DNA of 63,843 bases, the filler included, from Fonticula-like sp. SCN 57-25 (Eukaryota), in the NCBI GenBank assembly GCA_001724245.1. It is 5 parts of 5 records of this genome, joined end to end, with 100 filler letters (N's around TTAATTAATTAA, not from the genome) between each part and the next. Parts side by side here need not be neighbours in the genome. Positions count along the whole stretch, not along the records: positions 38,846 to 51,472 come from MEDX01000186.1; positions 51,573 to 63,843 come from MEDX01000189.1; 3 more parts are not named here. One strand, written 5' to 3'. Under the pieces are notes generated by a model. The model saw only the letters and a program-made list of their open reading frames with translations, was not told the origin of the DNA and did not search any database. A program made the position numbers and the translations under genes. Of this stretch, positions 48,378 to 58,670 are shown in pieces (positions within the stretch are counted from its first letter, which is position 1; the number at the start of each line of letters is the position of its first letter).

Positions 48378-50199
48378 TCACACATCCGCATCATCATCCT
48401 CATGCGGAAAATTCTCTGCAAACTCTCTCAACTCTTTCGCCGTCCCCACCGACCTATTGCCAATACATTAGCATTAGCCACACTATAAACCCCTTTTTCT
48501 GTCTCGTACTGAGCCGGTATCTGCGGAAATGTCTGCCTGGCCAACCCACTCAGCACCCCCCCCGGCCCCATCTCTACAAACCTCCCCGCCTTATGCAGCT
48601 GCACCATCCTACTCCCCACCATCACCCACCCCACCGTCCCCGCCGTCTGCCTCGCCACACCCTCCCTAACCCCCCTCGTCCCGCCCATCACTTCGCCAGT
48701 GAGCCCAGAAAGCACCGCCAGCGACGGCGGCCGAACATGTATCTTTGCCATCACTGCTTCCAGCTCGGCCACGACGGGGGCCATGAGGGCGCTGTGAAAG
48801 GGCGCGCTGACGCGGAGGGGAATTGCGCGGGAAATGAGGCGGAGGGAGCGCGCTGATTGGATGGTGGCGGTGACGGCGGGAGTGGTGCCGGAGAGGGTGA
48901 GCTGGGTGGGGGTGTTGATGTTGGCGAGGGAGCAGGTGTGGGGGGGGCCGAGAGAGGTGGAGATGCGATGGCTGAGTTGGCCTGAATGGGGGTTAGGAAG
49001 GGGGGGGGTAAGAGAAGGGGAAGAGAAAGTGGATGTATATGGATGTATATGGGAAAAATACATGAGTATATGAGATACATACATGGAGATACATACAAGA
49101 GTACACATGAGTACATGGGAAATAGATATGAGAATGTACATGAGAAAGATAAAGATAGGTGGATATGAACAGAAAGTGTGGATAAAATTACATATACACA
49201 CATAATCAATAGACATGTACATGCACAATATAGTATAACTATACCCATGTACGACCATGACATAAAATGACCCTCATCACCTATATCTTTATGCCATATC
49301 CCTATTCCTATTTCATTCCCATTCCTGCCCATATTCCTCTACGTACGAAGCTCCTCGACCGACTCTACCCAATTGGACCCCGCCGGCAGAAACACCGCGG
49401 CCATTGATGTCGGCACTCCGACCGCATCCGCCGCACGCTGCATCGCCAGGCCCCGTTTGCGCTAAGTGACATTAGGATCACTATTCACTTGGATCCAATG
49501 ACTGCGCACGACAAGATAAACAGCGTCCGAGAATCGCAGCGATTGCGCGCAGACGAGCGCGGAAAACTCGCCGAGCGAGTGGCCGGCCGACACGCACGTG
49601 TACTTGGAGAGGTCGACGCCGAGATCGAGCTTAAGGGAGCGGTAGAGGGCGACAGAGTGGAGGAGGATGGCGGGCTGGCAGTTTTCGGTTTTGGTCAGTT
49701 CTTCCTGGAGATGGGGTCAGTACAGGGGAAAGCGAAGGAATATAAACAAATATAGAGTCAATAGTCACGTTAATAACGACAAGTGTACAGTATTGTATTC
49801 ACACGCACATACATTGAATATACATACTATACTGATCACACGTTCAATAGATTCCCAGTGATGACCACGGCCATGGACAAGTTACCTCGCACTTTCATGT
49901 CAAACATCAACATAAAAGCAAACATAAGGTGCTCTAACACACTAACATGCGCCACACTCACTTCCAATGCCTCACATGCCGCGTACCATGGGACCCTCCT
50001 CCATCATCTTTGAGAGGTTGATGCCGAGGATCTCGTCGACCTCCTTTGCCATGTTGCGCGCCGTAGGAAACTCGCGGAACAGGTCCTTTGCCATGCCAAC
50101 ATACTGAGAGCCCTGGCCTGGGAACACGAGCGCGATCGAGTCATTCGCGATGCCCTTGGACGCCGACGCGACCGCCGCCGCCGCCAAGCGACTCGTCAT
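48378..50199 (-). CDS. MCAT: Malonyl-CoA:ACP transacylase (FabD), mitochondrial
   Basis: VFPGQGSQYVGM, LTKTENCQPAIL, GHSLGEFSAL, ANINTPTQLTLSG, LRVSAPFHSALM, VEMGPGGVL. Confidence 0.92.
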
Positions 50200-50435
50200 C
50201 GTCACGTGACTTTTGAGTTACGATGACACACCGTTTGTCACGTGATGGTCGCCACGCGGCCTTTTTCCGCCATTTTTCCCTCTTTTTTTTCATTCTCTTT
50301 CTTTCCCTTTCCCGACCCTCGTGCGCCGGAAAAGGACGAAAGAAAAGAAGGATGGCGATCGCAAGCTAACTGGTACGTCCCTGTGGCCTGGCTGGGTGAA
50401 AGAAGGGGAGTGTGTGTGCTGCTGTTGGTGGGCGT

Positions 50436-50527
50436 GGGTCGCTGAAGGGATGACAACTTCGAAAATCCAACTCTAAAGCAAATCCATGTTGATACCCCGA
50501 TGAGCTTTTTTTTGTCTGATCGAACCC
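50436..50527 (+). ncRNA. Box C/D snoRNA, SNORD19-like (18S Gm683 human numbering)
   Basis: C-like GGGATGA, D CTGA at 50516, terminal stem GGGTCG/CGAACCC. Guide AAATCCAACT before D'-like CTAA is antisense to 18S AGUUGGAUUU. Extra GAGCTTTTT is antisense to the adjacent AAAAAGCUC. Confidence 0.62.
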
Positions 50528-50704
50528 ACTATCACTATCATTTCCTCTTTATTATCTAGTTATGTCTGGCCATCTTTACTAACTCGCTTGTAGTCTCCTA
50601 TTATACAAGTCAATGAACAAGACAATGATCCTTGCTTGATCTTGCCGCCAAGAATGTCTCCTTGATGGTGCGTAAAATGTGTGCCATGCGTGCTGCTTGA
50701 TGTG

Positions 50705-50790
50705 GAAAAGTGTCTATGAAGATAACCCTTTTTGTGACTGCCGATGCCCATGAGGCCGTCCATGTTTCAGCCTTGTCGGAGACTCTTTTC
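50705..50790 (+). ncRNA. Box C/D snoRNA, snR41-like (18S Gm1126 yeast numbering)
   Basis: Stem GAAAAGTGTC/GACTCTTTTC, C-like ATGAAGA, guide GTTTCAGCCTTG antisense to 18S CAAGGCUGAAAC, D-like CGGA. The fifth nucleotide upstream of D pairs with the first G of CAAGG. Confidence 0.8.
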
Positions 50791-50949
50791 TCTATCTTTT
50801 CTTTCTATCCTGCTTGATCTCGTTCGACATTGACTAACCATCCATGATGATAGATATTGAACAAGCACCTCTATACACACATATATATGAGACTATTTCT
50901 TCAATATGGTGCGTATTATTACTATATTGTGTGCTTTTGTACTTGCTTT

Positions 50950-51040
50950 GTAAGGATATGAAACCGAGACGGGCGGACTGAAAGGGGTGTTTCATTACTG
51001 GAACGCCTATTGGTGTTGAATGTCTCTTTTTATGAACTTT
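50950..51040 (+). ncRNA. Box C/D snoRNA, snR70/U43-like (18S Cm1639/Cm1703); ends approximate
   Basis: Guide GACGGGCGG (50968-50976) + A + CTGA is antisense to decoding-site CCGCCCGUC. The D+5 rule selects the C equivalent to E. coli C1402. Confidence 0.75.
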
Positions 51041-51149
51041 TTTATCGTATTTTGTTATGGCTTTGGCCCTTTTCGTATATGGAAACTAACCCGCTGTGCT
51101 CTTAGGTACGTCAATATGACTGAATATGACGATATATGGCTTTATATTT

Positions 51150-51226
51150 GAGAATGATTACAAACACTTGTCGCAATTTTTCCTATTTAATGTGAGGATT
51201 GTCAAGTTCGGTTCATCGATGAACTC
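51150..51226 (+). ncRNA. Box C/D snoRNA guiding LSU GAU[G]AACCGAAC
   Basis: C-like ATGATTA, C'-like GTGAGGA, D-like ATGA, short GAG/CTC stem. 12-nt guide GTTCGGTTCATC is antisense to LSU GAUGAACCGAAC. Confidence 0.68.
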
Positions 51227-51409
51227 TACATACTTGCTATATATTTTACATACTTGCTATATATTTTTGTTATATATTTGTGTGTTGTTGTGGTACTTAT
51301 TATCTCTTGATAGGACTCTTGAGCTGCTGATCATATACAAGACTCTACTTTGGCCCTTATTGGTACGTACTTTACTATTGAATTGAATATGAAGATATGG
51401 TCGAGATAT

Positions 51410-51472
51410 GCGCGTGATGTTTGTATGCAATGCTATGCCTGAAGACAGTCAAATAACCCTGATGTCACCTTT
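51410..51472 (+). ncRNA. Box C/D snoRNA (truncated by gap) guiding LSU CAU[A]GCAUUGC
   Basis: C-like GTGATGT, guide GCAATGCTATG + C + CTGA (D'), C'-like CTGATGT. Confidence 0.65.
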
Positions 51473-51572
51473 NNNNNNNNNNNNNNNNNNNNNNNNNNNN
51501 NNNNNNNNNNNNNNNNTTAATTAATTAANNNNNNNNNNNNNNNNNNNNNNNNNNNNNNNNNNNNNNNNNNNN
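51473..51572. other. Artificial contig linker
   Basis: N-TTAATTAATTAA-N spacer. Confidence 0.97.
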
Positions 51573-51832
51573 CATTTTCGGAAAGAGCTCGCGAAACCGC
51601 GTCGAGCGTCAGCAAAAAGTGCAAACTGACCAGCAAGTTTGCATCCGTCTTTTAACTTGAGGCCTCCCCATATTTGTATCCATACGCATTGCTTCATGGG
51701 ATGACAAAAATTGACAAAAATCGCGATGACAAAAATCGCATGCGATTTTCGTTTTTGGCGGGATTTGTCAATTGGATTTGTCGTGCGAAATATTCCGTTG
51801 TGTAGTTCGAGGACCCTGCCAGTTGGATCGAG

Positions 51833-52801
51833 ATGGCGCGTAGCGGTAGCTCAGCGGCCAAGCCGGCTGCTGCCAAGGGCAAGGCTGCTGTAACAAAGGC
51901 AAAGGGCAAGGCCCCATCTGCTGCGGCGAAGGGGAAGGGCAACGCTGCGCCTGCTGCCTCAAAGAGGAAGAAGGGAAGCGCGTCCGCCAGTGCTTCGCCT
52001 TTGAAAACCGACGCTGCCGCCAGCCCGAGCAAGGAGGGCAGGCGCGACTACTCTGCGTTTGTGCTTAACAAGCACCGCTACAATGTTGGCGACGGCGTGC
52101 TCGTACAGTCCTCGGGGTCGGGCGCCGACTATATCGGCGCCATCGTCAAGATTCAGGCGTCTCCCTCGGACCACAAGAATGTTCTCCTTACGGTGAACTG
52201 GTTCTACCGCCCCGAGGTGCGCATCCCGGCTCTCTTCGCTCTTGCTTATTGTTTTTGTATAGGACATTAATGGAGGCCGCCGGCCCTACCACGGCCGTGC
52301 CGAGCTGCTTCAATCGGAGCATCGCGATACGGTGCACGTCGGCACCGTCAACGGCCCCTGCAAGATCTTCAAATTCGAAGAGTACCAGGCGACGGAAGAC
52401 AAGATTTTGGAGGAGGCGGAGGACGAGGACAATGTTTTCTATTACCGCGAGCAGTACGACTACAAAAAGGGCGTCATTAAGGTACGACGGTCGTTTTTTT
52501 CCTCGCTTTCCTCCCTGAGGAAAATTGCCGTGTAATATGTGGTGCTGATGCGCCGCTGCTTTTTTTCGAAGACCAAGCTGCATTTGTACTGCATTTGCCG
52601 CAAGCCGCAGAACCCTGACGACCTCATGATTCAGTGCGACGCCTGCGAGGACTGGTTCCACTGTACGACCTTGCTCTTTTGAGGGCTACATTTCCTAACA
52701 TTCGTTTTACAGCTGAATGCATCGAGCTCAGCTCCAATGACGAGAAGAGCCAGTCGTGGGTGTGCCCAAACTGCATGAAGAAGGGCATCAAGCTAGCATA
52801 G
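51833..52801 (+). CDS. BAH-PHD chromatin reader (EBS/SHL/EPR-1-like)
   Basis: [84 protein letters not shown]. Lys/Ala-rich N-terminal tail. Confidence 0.9.
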
Positions 52802-53344
52802 CAACTATTAGCATAGACTAGGTCCTTGCTCCGCGTTCTCCTCCCCCGCGCCGGCCAATACACGCGGCCGACGTACGTGCAACCAATTTTTATGTATGTT
52901 TCAATGATCATCTTTTGTCTATGGATCAATTTTACATCACCTTGTACTGCATATCCATTGATCATGGGCATTTGTTGCCCCGCCCAGATCAGCCAGAGTT
53001 AACGGCCGCCGCGGTGCCGCGGCCTTCCCATCAACCCCAGATCCCACCCCGGACTGACCCTGTCCGTGTGATCAATACGAATCGGCCTCTGATTGGCTCA
53101 AACGCAAAACGTCTTCCTAAAAGGGAAATCGTGACCACACATCACATGCCCCGACGGCGCGTCAACCTGGCACGGGATATATTCGCCTCCCTCCTGCTCC
53201 CTCGCCCCACATTGTACCGCACCCCCGCGACTACGTCAAGTGAGCGTCACAGCGCCCCCTTTGCATTACTGCTCTCTCGAGAAAGGGAGCCACTCTGAAA
53301 CAGCGGCTTTTGTTGTTGCCCTGAAACAACTCTACTCTGCTGCA

Positions 53345-54049
53345 ATGGCGGATGCTGGCGATCTGTTCGAGTTCCTCGGCCCGATGGACGGCATCCCGAC
53401 CGCTCGCCGCCCGGCGGGCATCCTGTACATCTCGGACAGCGACGGCGAGGACGACTATCCTTCTGTACCCGGCTGCGCTCCGCCGGCGGCCCTCGCATCG
53501 GGCAGCGGCCGATTCTCCCCGCGCCGACCGCTCGCGTCGCCAGGGCGCGATCGCCGCGCGCAGACGAGCGCCCTCCCCGCAGTGAGCGCCGCGCCGCCGT
53601 CAAAGAGCAGCGGCCGCACGGTGGACTCTGGTTTTGGCGGGAGCGGCGGGATGCTCGCGACGTCGCTCCCCAAGGTGCTCGATGACGGCGACTGCCAAGA
53701 TGAGTGGGACGATGCCGACTGGGACGATGATGCGCGGGTCACGCTCGCGCCGCTCGTCGATCTCCGCGAGGCCGACGAGCTGAGCACGCTGGTGTCGCAC
53801 GCAGCCATGACCGCCGCGGTGGGCTCGGTGGCCGCGCCGGTTCTCAAGCCGCTCATCGAGTTTAAGCGCGAGGCCGTGCACCCGCCGCTCGACGAGCCGC
53901 GCTCCATGCTCGGCCTCCTCTTTGAGCGCGAGCACCAGCTGTACGCCGTCGTCGCCGAAAGGGCGTCACAAAGGAGAGAGCGGTTGAATATGCCGCCGAG
54001 AATCTACGCGCACGACCGCCAGTCGGCGTTTGCCCAAGTGGTGGCCTAA
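53345..54049 (+). CDS. Hypothetical protein, mostly disordered with a helical C-terminus
   Basis: Single ORF with coding-like GC3 bias, good ATG context and AT-rich 3' flank. No family recognised. Confidence 0.65.
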   Translation: MADAGDLFEFLGPMDGIPTARRPAGILYISDSDGEDDYPSVPGCAPPAALASGSGRFSPRRPLASPGRDRRAQTSALPAVSAAPPSKSSGRTVDSGFGGSGGMLATSLPKVLDDGDCQDEWDDADWDDDARVTLAPLVDLREADELSTLVSHAAMTAAVGSVAAPVLKPLIEFKREAVHPPLDEPRSMLGLLFEREHQLYAVVAERASQRRERLNMPPRIYAHDRQSAFAQVVA

Positions 54050-54304
54050 GCTGCCGATTGCTTCCCTTTCCGTGTACATACTGTCGTCCTCCTCGTTGTT
54101 TTGGCATTGCATAAGTATTCCCCTATAGACGCACACATTTATTGTGCTCCCGTGTATGATAAAGTATAATATATTGTTTTTGATATAAACTCTTTTGGCA
54201 CAATTCACTTTTCAATAGAGCACAGTTTATTGCGCTCGCGCGTATGATACAGTTAAATAAGATATTTCGCCGACACCCCTAAGCGTATCGCCTCTATTAC
54301 CCCC

Positions 54305-56116
54305 TCAGAACACGAGCGAGTTTAGAATAAAGAGCGACTGCTCCTCCTTCTTGATCCACCTGAGCAGCAGATTGAGCGCGCTGATGGCCGTCTCCTTTGC
54401 CACGAGCGGCGCAAACGTCGCGTACAGCTCGAACGAGCCCGTGTTCCACGCCATGACAACCTCGTGCGTTCCCGCCAAAAAGTACACCTTGCGCGGTCGC
54501 GCCCGCACCGCCGCGCGCGAATGCGCGTGCTGGTAGAGCCGGAAGAGGCGCCGCTGCTCCTTGCTCGTCGTGTACGGCGCCTCCCACTGCGGCGTCGTGA
54601 ACTGCACCGTCGTCTTGGACACGTACAAAAAGTGCCGCAGCGAGGGGATGCCAATCTCGCTCACAGAGTAGGAGGGGTTGGAGGTGGCCTGGCGAAGGTC
54701 CTCGTACACGCCGCCTTCCTCAAACGCGGCAAGAATGCGCTGGCGAACCTCGGACAGCAAAAAGAACGCCTCGCGGTTAACAGACATCATCAGCATGCAC
54801 ACGTCCTCCTGCAAGGGAGAGTTTGTTAGAAACAGAAAACCAAAAGTCAGAGTGCAAACTAGACAGTTTTTGCAACACAGCACTTTCCCAATTGGTGAAA
54901 CTGGGCGCAGTTGTAACATAAAACCACACTTTCCCCCCCTCCCTTTTTCGTACCGCTTTGTCGAGGAATGATACGTGAGCGTAGAGAAAGCCCTTTGGGT
55001 TAAACTTTGGAAGGCAAATTGGCGCCCACGACTCTGGCGCGCTCCTAAACGTCGTCGACGACTCCATCATGTTGAAGATGAGGTGGAGATCTGGCGGGTG
55101 CAGCGACTGCTTCTGCGGCCGCACGAGCGTGATGAGGCGGTGCTTGTAGATGAGCATGGCGTAAAGGACGTCGGGGTTGCGGGCCATCTGCAGCGCCTGG
55201 CCGATCACGCTGCGCGTCGACGGCTGCAGGCGTAGGCACTGGATCGCGCTCAGCATGTACGACGGATCGCGATCCATGGTGCGCGTCAAGCTGTCCATCA
55301 GCGTGTTGTCAGAGTTGGAGAGGAGATTCCTAAGGTCGTAATTGATGCGCTGCTGAAAGATCTTGGTGATCTGATGCTGCGTAAGAACAGACACAATGTG
55401 GCGGTAAAGGTATTGAAGCTGATCCCGCAGCTGCGACTCGGACTCGCCTAGAAATGGACGTGAGCGTGACGTTCACGAAAAAAACTAAAGCGGACCTGTG
55501 CGGGCAACAGCAACAAGGTAGATGGGGCCCTTCATCAGAAAGACAATGCGATGATCACCGGCAACCATGCAGCGCAGCTGATCATTGTCGTTCTGCACAA
55601 ACGAAATCATTGCCTGCACAATGCCCTAAAGTCGCAGACGCTAAGCACAAAATAGCAATAAAAGAGTCAAAGGGACAAACCATAAATGTGGAAAGGCGGT
55701 TTTCATTGCCGTATTTGGTGTAGATCGGCTTGCCGGACGAGGAGAGGACGAAAAAGTGCTTCTTGTGAGAGGCCCACTCGGGCGACGACGGATCCTCGTC
55801 GCCATACTTGCGAGGGCGGCCGGCCTGCTGGTACTCTTCCTCAATATCGGCAGGGAACTAGCGGTGACGTTAGAACAACAAAATGGTGGCTGGACGGCCG
55901 AGTGGAAAGCAAATTACGTACAGCCGCTTCGTCAATCTCGGGACTGGTGGCCTGGAATCCCTCCTAAAACATCGACAGTGTTACTATGGTTTAGCCCTTC
56001 ATTCCACGTACGTCCAACTCGTCGCTATCGACAGAGTCTTGGGCAAGCAAAGGCTCGCTGCCCGTCGTCGTGGGCGCCATGTCGTCCAATAGATCCGTGC
56101 TCCGTTTCGACGCCAT
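54305..56116 (-). CDS. MON1: Vacuolar fusion protein Mon1 (Rab7 GEF subunit)
   Basis: KHFFVLSSSGKPIYTKYG, ESESQLRDQLQYLY, INYDLRNLL, LHPPDLHLIFN, ESWAPICLPKFNPKGFLYAHVS, LLRWIKKEEQSLFI. Confidence 0.95.
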
Positions 56117-56278
56117 CGTCGCTACCGCCGCCGCTCTTGACACAATCGCAAAAATCAGACACGAATCAGGCACAATCAGTCATGCAATGGAGATGTAGTT
56201 TGCAGTTTGCATTCAATCCCAAACTGTAAACAAAACCGTGGCAAGCATCGTCAGCGCGGGTTATTTTGAGCACCGGCG

Positions 56279-58465
56279 ATGGAGGGCGTCGTGCGGACGC
56301 CGTGCGAGAACGTCGTCAAGCTGAACGTCGGCGGGACGCGTTTCTGGACGACGCGCGAGACGCTCCTCTCCAGTGATTCATCGTACTTTTCATCGCTGCT
56401 CGGTGGCGCCTACAGCAATGTCGTAGACGATGAGGGTTCGGTGCGCTTTGTTGCCTTGTGTGCATCTCGTGCTAACTCTAAGCGGCAGGTGTTTATCGAC
56501 CGTGACCCTCTTGCGTTCCGCGTCGTTCTCAACTACTTGCGTACGGGCCGCGTTGCCCTTGGGGATGTCTGTGCCGAGACGATCTTTGATGAAGCAACCT
56601 TTTTTGGCATCGCCTCGCTCGGTACGTGCCTATCTCTCTGCGGCCGCGTTGACTTGCCTTTTCACACGCGCATCCCTTTAGCCGAGCGCGTTGAGCCACT
56701 GCTCCCCGCCGATCACGGCACGGGCGGCCTCTTTTACTCTGGATCCATCACCCCTCGTGCGCCCCCTTGTTCTTGTGGATCATACTGTTCTTTGTTTCAG
56801 TTGTGCTGCGTGTTACTTTCCTGTGTATTATTTGCTTATGTGGCTACTGCTTTATTTGATATCAATTCATTGTATCTACTTTTTGTTTGTTACTTACCAT
56901 GTTTTACTTTAGTTGAAATTGAGCCATCGGCACCAGACAGCCCCTCTGCCTTCCAGCTCCTCTCCGGCTCGCGCTCTTCTTCCCCGCCTCCCCTCTCCCC
57001 CCCCTCGCCCGCGCACTTTTCCCGCGCGCAGCCTATCCCCGAACAGCGCGCGCGCCTCCTCGTGAGCGACCACAACTGGCTCGTCGTCGCGTACGAGCGC
57101 CGTTTCTACTGTTTCAGCCACGCCGACAGCAACGGGTGGTCCGTGCGGTTCGCCAGCCCGGCCCTTGCCACCCGCATTGATCACGTGGCAATTGCTGGCC
57201 GTGGCGGCGCCAAGATTGTTGTTGTGGCGGCGGGGAGCGTCGTGCGGCTGTGGTCATGCGGCGACGGCGTTGCTCATCCGCGCTGGCACTCGGGATTCGA
57301 TTTGGGGCGGCGCGTCGACAAGGTGTTTTTTATTGGGTCGTGCGTTGCGGCGCTCAGTTACGAAGGAAGGGTCGGCGTGTGGAACAGCATGAGCAGCAAG
57401 AACTGGCAGGTGCAGGACGTGCAGCCCATTTCGTCACACGTGTGTGCCGGATCGCTCCTGTTTCTCGGGTTTGCAAGCGGGCGCATTTCATACATCGGTA
57501 CGTGGTGACAATGTTTTCTAGATATTTCTGCGTGTGCATTTTTGGGTCTTTTGAGTCATTTTACATCATTTTATACACCTTTTTAACCTTTTCCTTGCAC
57601 AGATATGGACAAGTTCCCGCTGCGCCTCAAGGACGACTCTCTTCTTGTGAATGACTTTTACGACGACCCTCACGGTGACCAGATCACTTCCCTTTCCGTC
57701 TTCCTGACGTCGGCGTCTCCCGGCGCATCGATGCCCGACAACTGCATCGAGCTCGCGTACGGCACGGCCGGCGGCCTCGTCCGCGTTGTCCTCCTTCACC
57801 CCGACACGCTCGGCCAGCGCCCGCAGCTCTTCCAGACCTTTTCCGTTCACGCCGCGCCCGTCGCCGCCGTCCAGCTCACCGAGCACGCGCTCATTTCCGT
57901 GTCGCTCGCCGGCGCGCACCACCACGCGCGCACGTGGCGCGTCACGCGGTTCAGAGGGCGCATTTCGACGCAGCCGGGCGCCATCCCAATTGGGTCATTC
58001 AGGCTGCTCCCATGGGCGCCTCCGCCAACGACAGACGCGGGACATTTTCACCCGCCAGTCACAGACCACCAAATTGCCCCTTCCCGCGCTCTGCCAATGT
58101 CCGAGTACCCTGTAGGTCCATTTGGCGACAAGAACGACCGCCAACTACTTCTGCAGCGCGTCCCTCATGAGGCCGCGCGCCTGCAGGTGCTTGACGCGAC
58201 GAGCGGGCGGCAAGTGTGCGCCGTGGCGACCGTCGGCGAAAAAGTCATCACGGCGGCGGCCGTGTGCGACCTCGACTACCCAAAGCGGCTTGGGTCGAGG
58301 GGAAAGTGCGTGCTTGCGACGGGGCTCGAGGACGGGACGGTGCAGATGTGGGACCTCACGACGGCGCTCGAGATGTTTGAGGCAAAGGGGGCGGCGCGTG
58401 CAGACACATTAAGGGTGTCGAGAAGGGCGACGCACGACGTTGAGATTTCAGATATTGTCATGTAA
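56279..58465 (+). CDS. BTB + WD40 protein, KCTD3/SHKBP1 family
   Basis: VKLNVGGTRF..SYFSSLL, FIDRDP..F..VLNYLR, WQVQDVQPISS, DMDKFPLRLKD, IELAYGT..G.VRV, HARTWRVTRFRGRISTQPG, GTVQMWDLTTA. Confidence 0.9.
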
Positions 58466-58670
58466 ATGCTGCAAGTAAATTTGTTGTTTTTTGTGTAAAT
58501 ATATTTGTGTAATATTGGCATGTGGAGGATCAGCTACAGAGACCCTGGGTGTAGCATGAACAAAGGACTGTTTTCATGTGATACGTTTGTGTGTGTGGAA
58601 TGATACATTATCATCTCAGTTTCAGCTCAATTACCCATAGAAATATCAAAGCAAATATATTAAACACATC

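Larger units (their letters stand above)
50330..51472 (+). ncRNA. Non-coding spliced snoRNA host gene (start approximate, 3' end lost in gap)
   Basis: Introns 50373-50593, 50668-50853, 50909-51105, 51106-51313 and 51363-gap have this genome's splice signals. Exons are short with no convincing ORF (first ATG at 50352 stops after 5 codons). One C/D snoRNA lies in each intron. Confidence 0.8.

Noticed and set aside
45101-50199. ACADVL-MCAT as a fatty-acid gene cluster
   Set aside because: Convergent genes of opposing pathways; chance adjacency in a dense genome is sufficient.
50844-50853. Perfect ATGATGA box C
   Set aside because: Lies between the branch point and 3' AG of intron 2 with no suitable D box or guide, so it is better explained as acceptor sequence.
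51185-51196. ATTTAATG as snR51 (18S Am100) guide
   Set aside because: Only about 8 nt match and not positioned upstream of a D or D' box.
12811-51572. Regularly spaced TTAATTAATTAA palindromes flanked by Ns
   Set aside because: Artificial six-frame-stop linkers. Genes are cut at them and the segments have similar lengths (two are 12,627 bp), consistent with concatenated contigs, so no cross-gap synteny was used.
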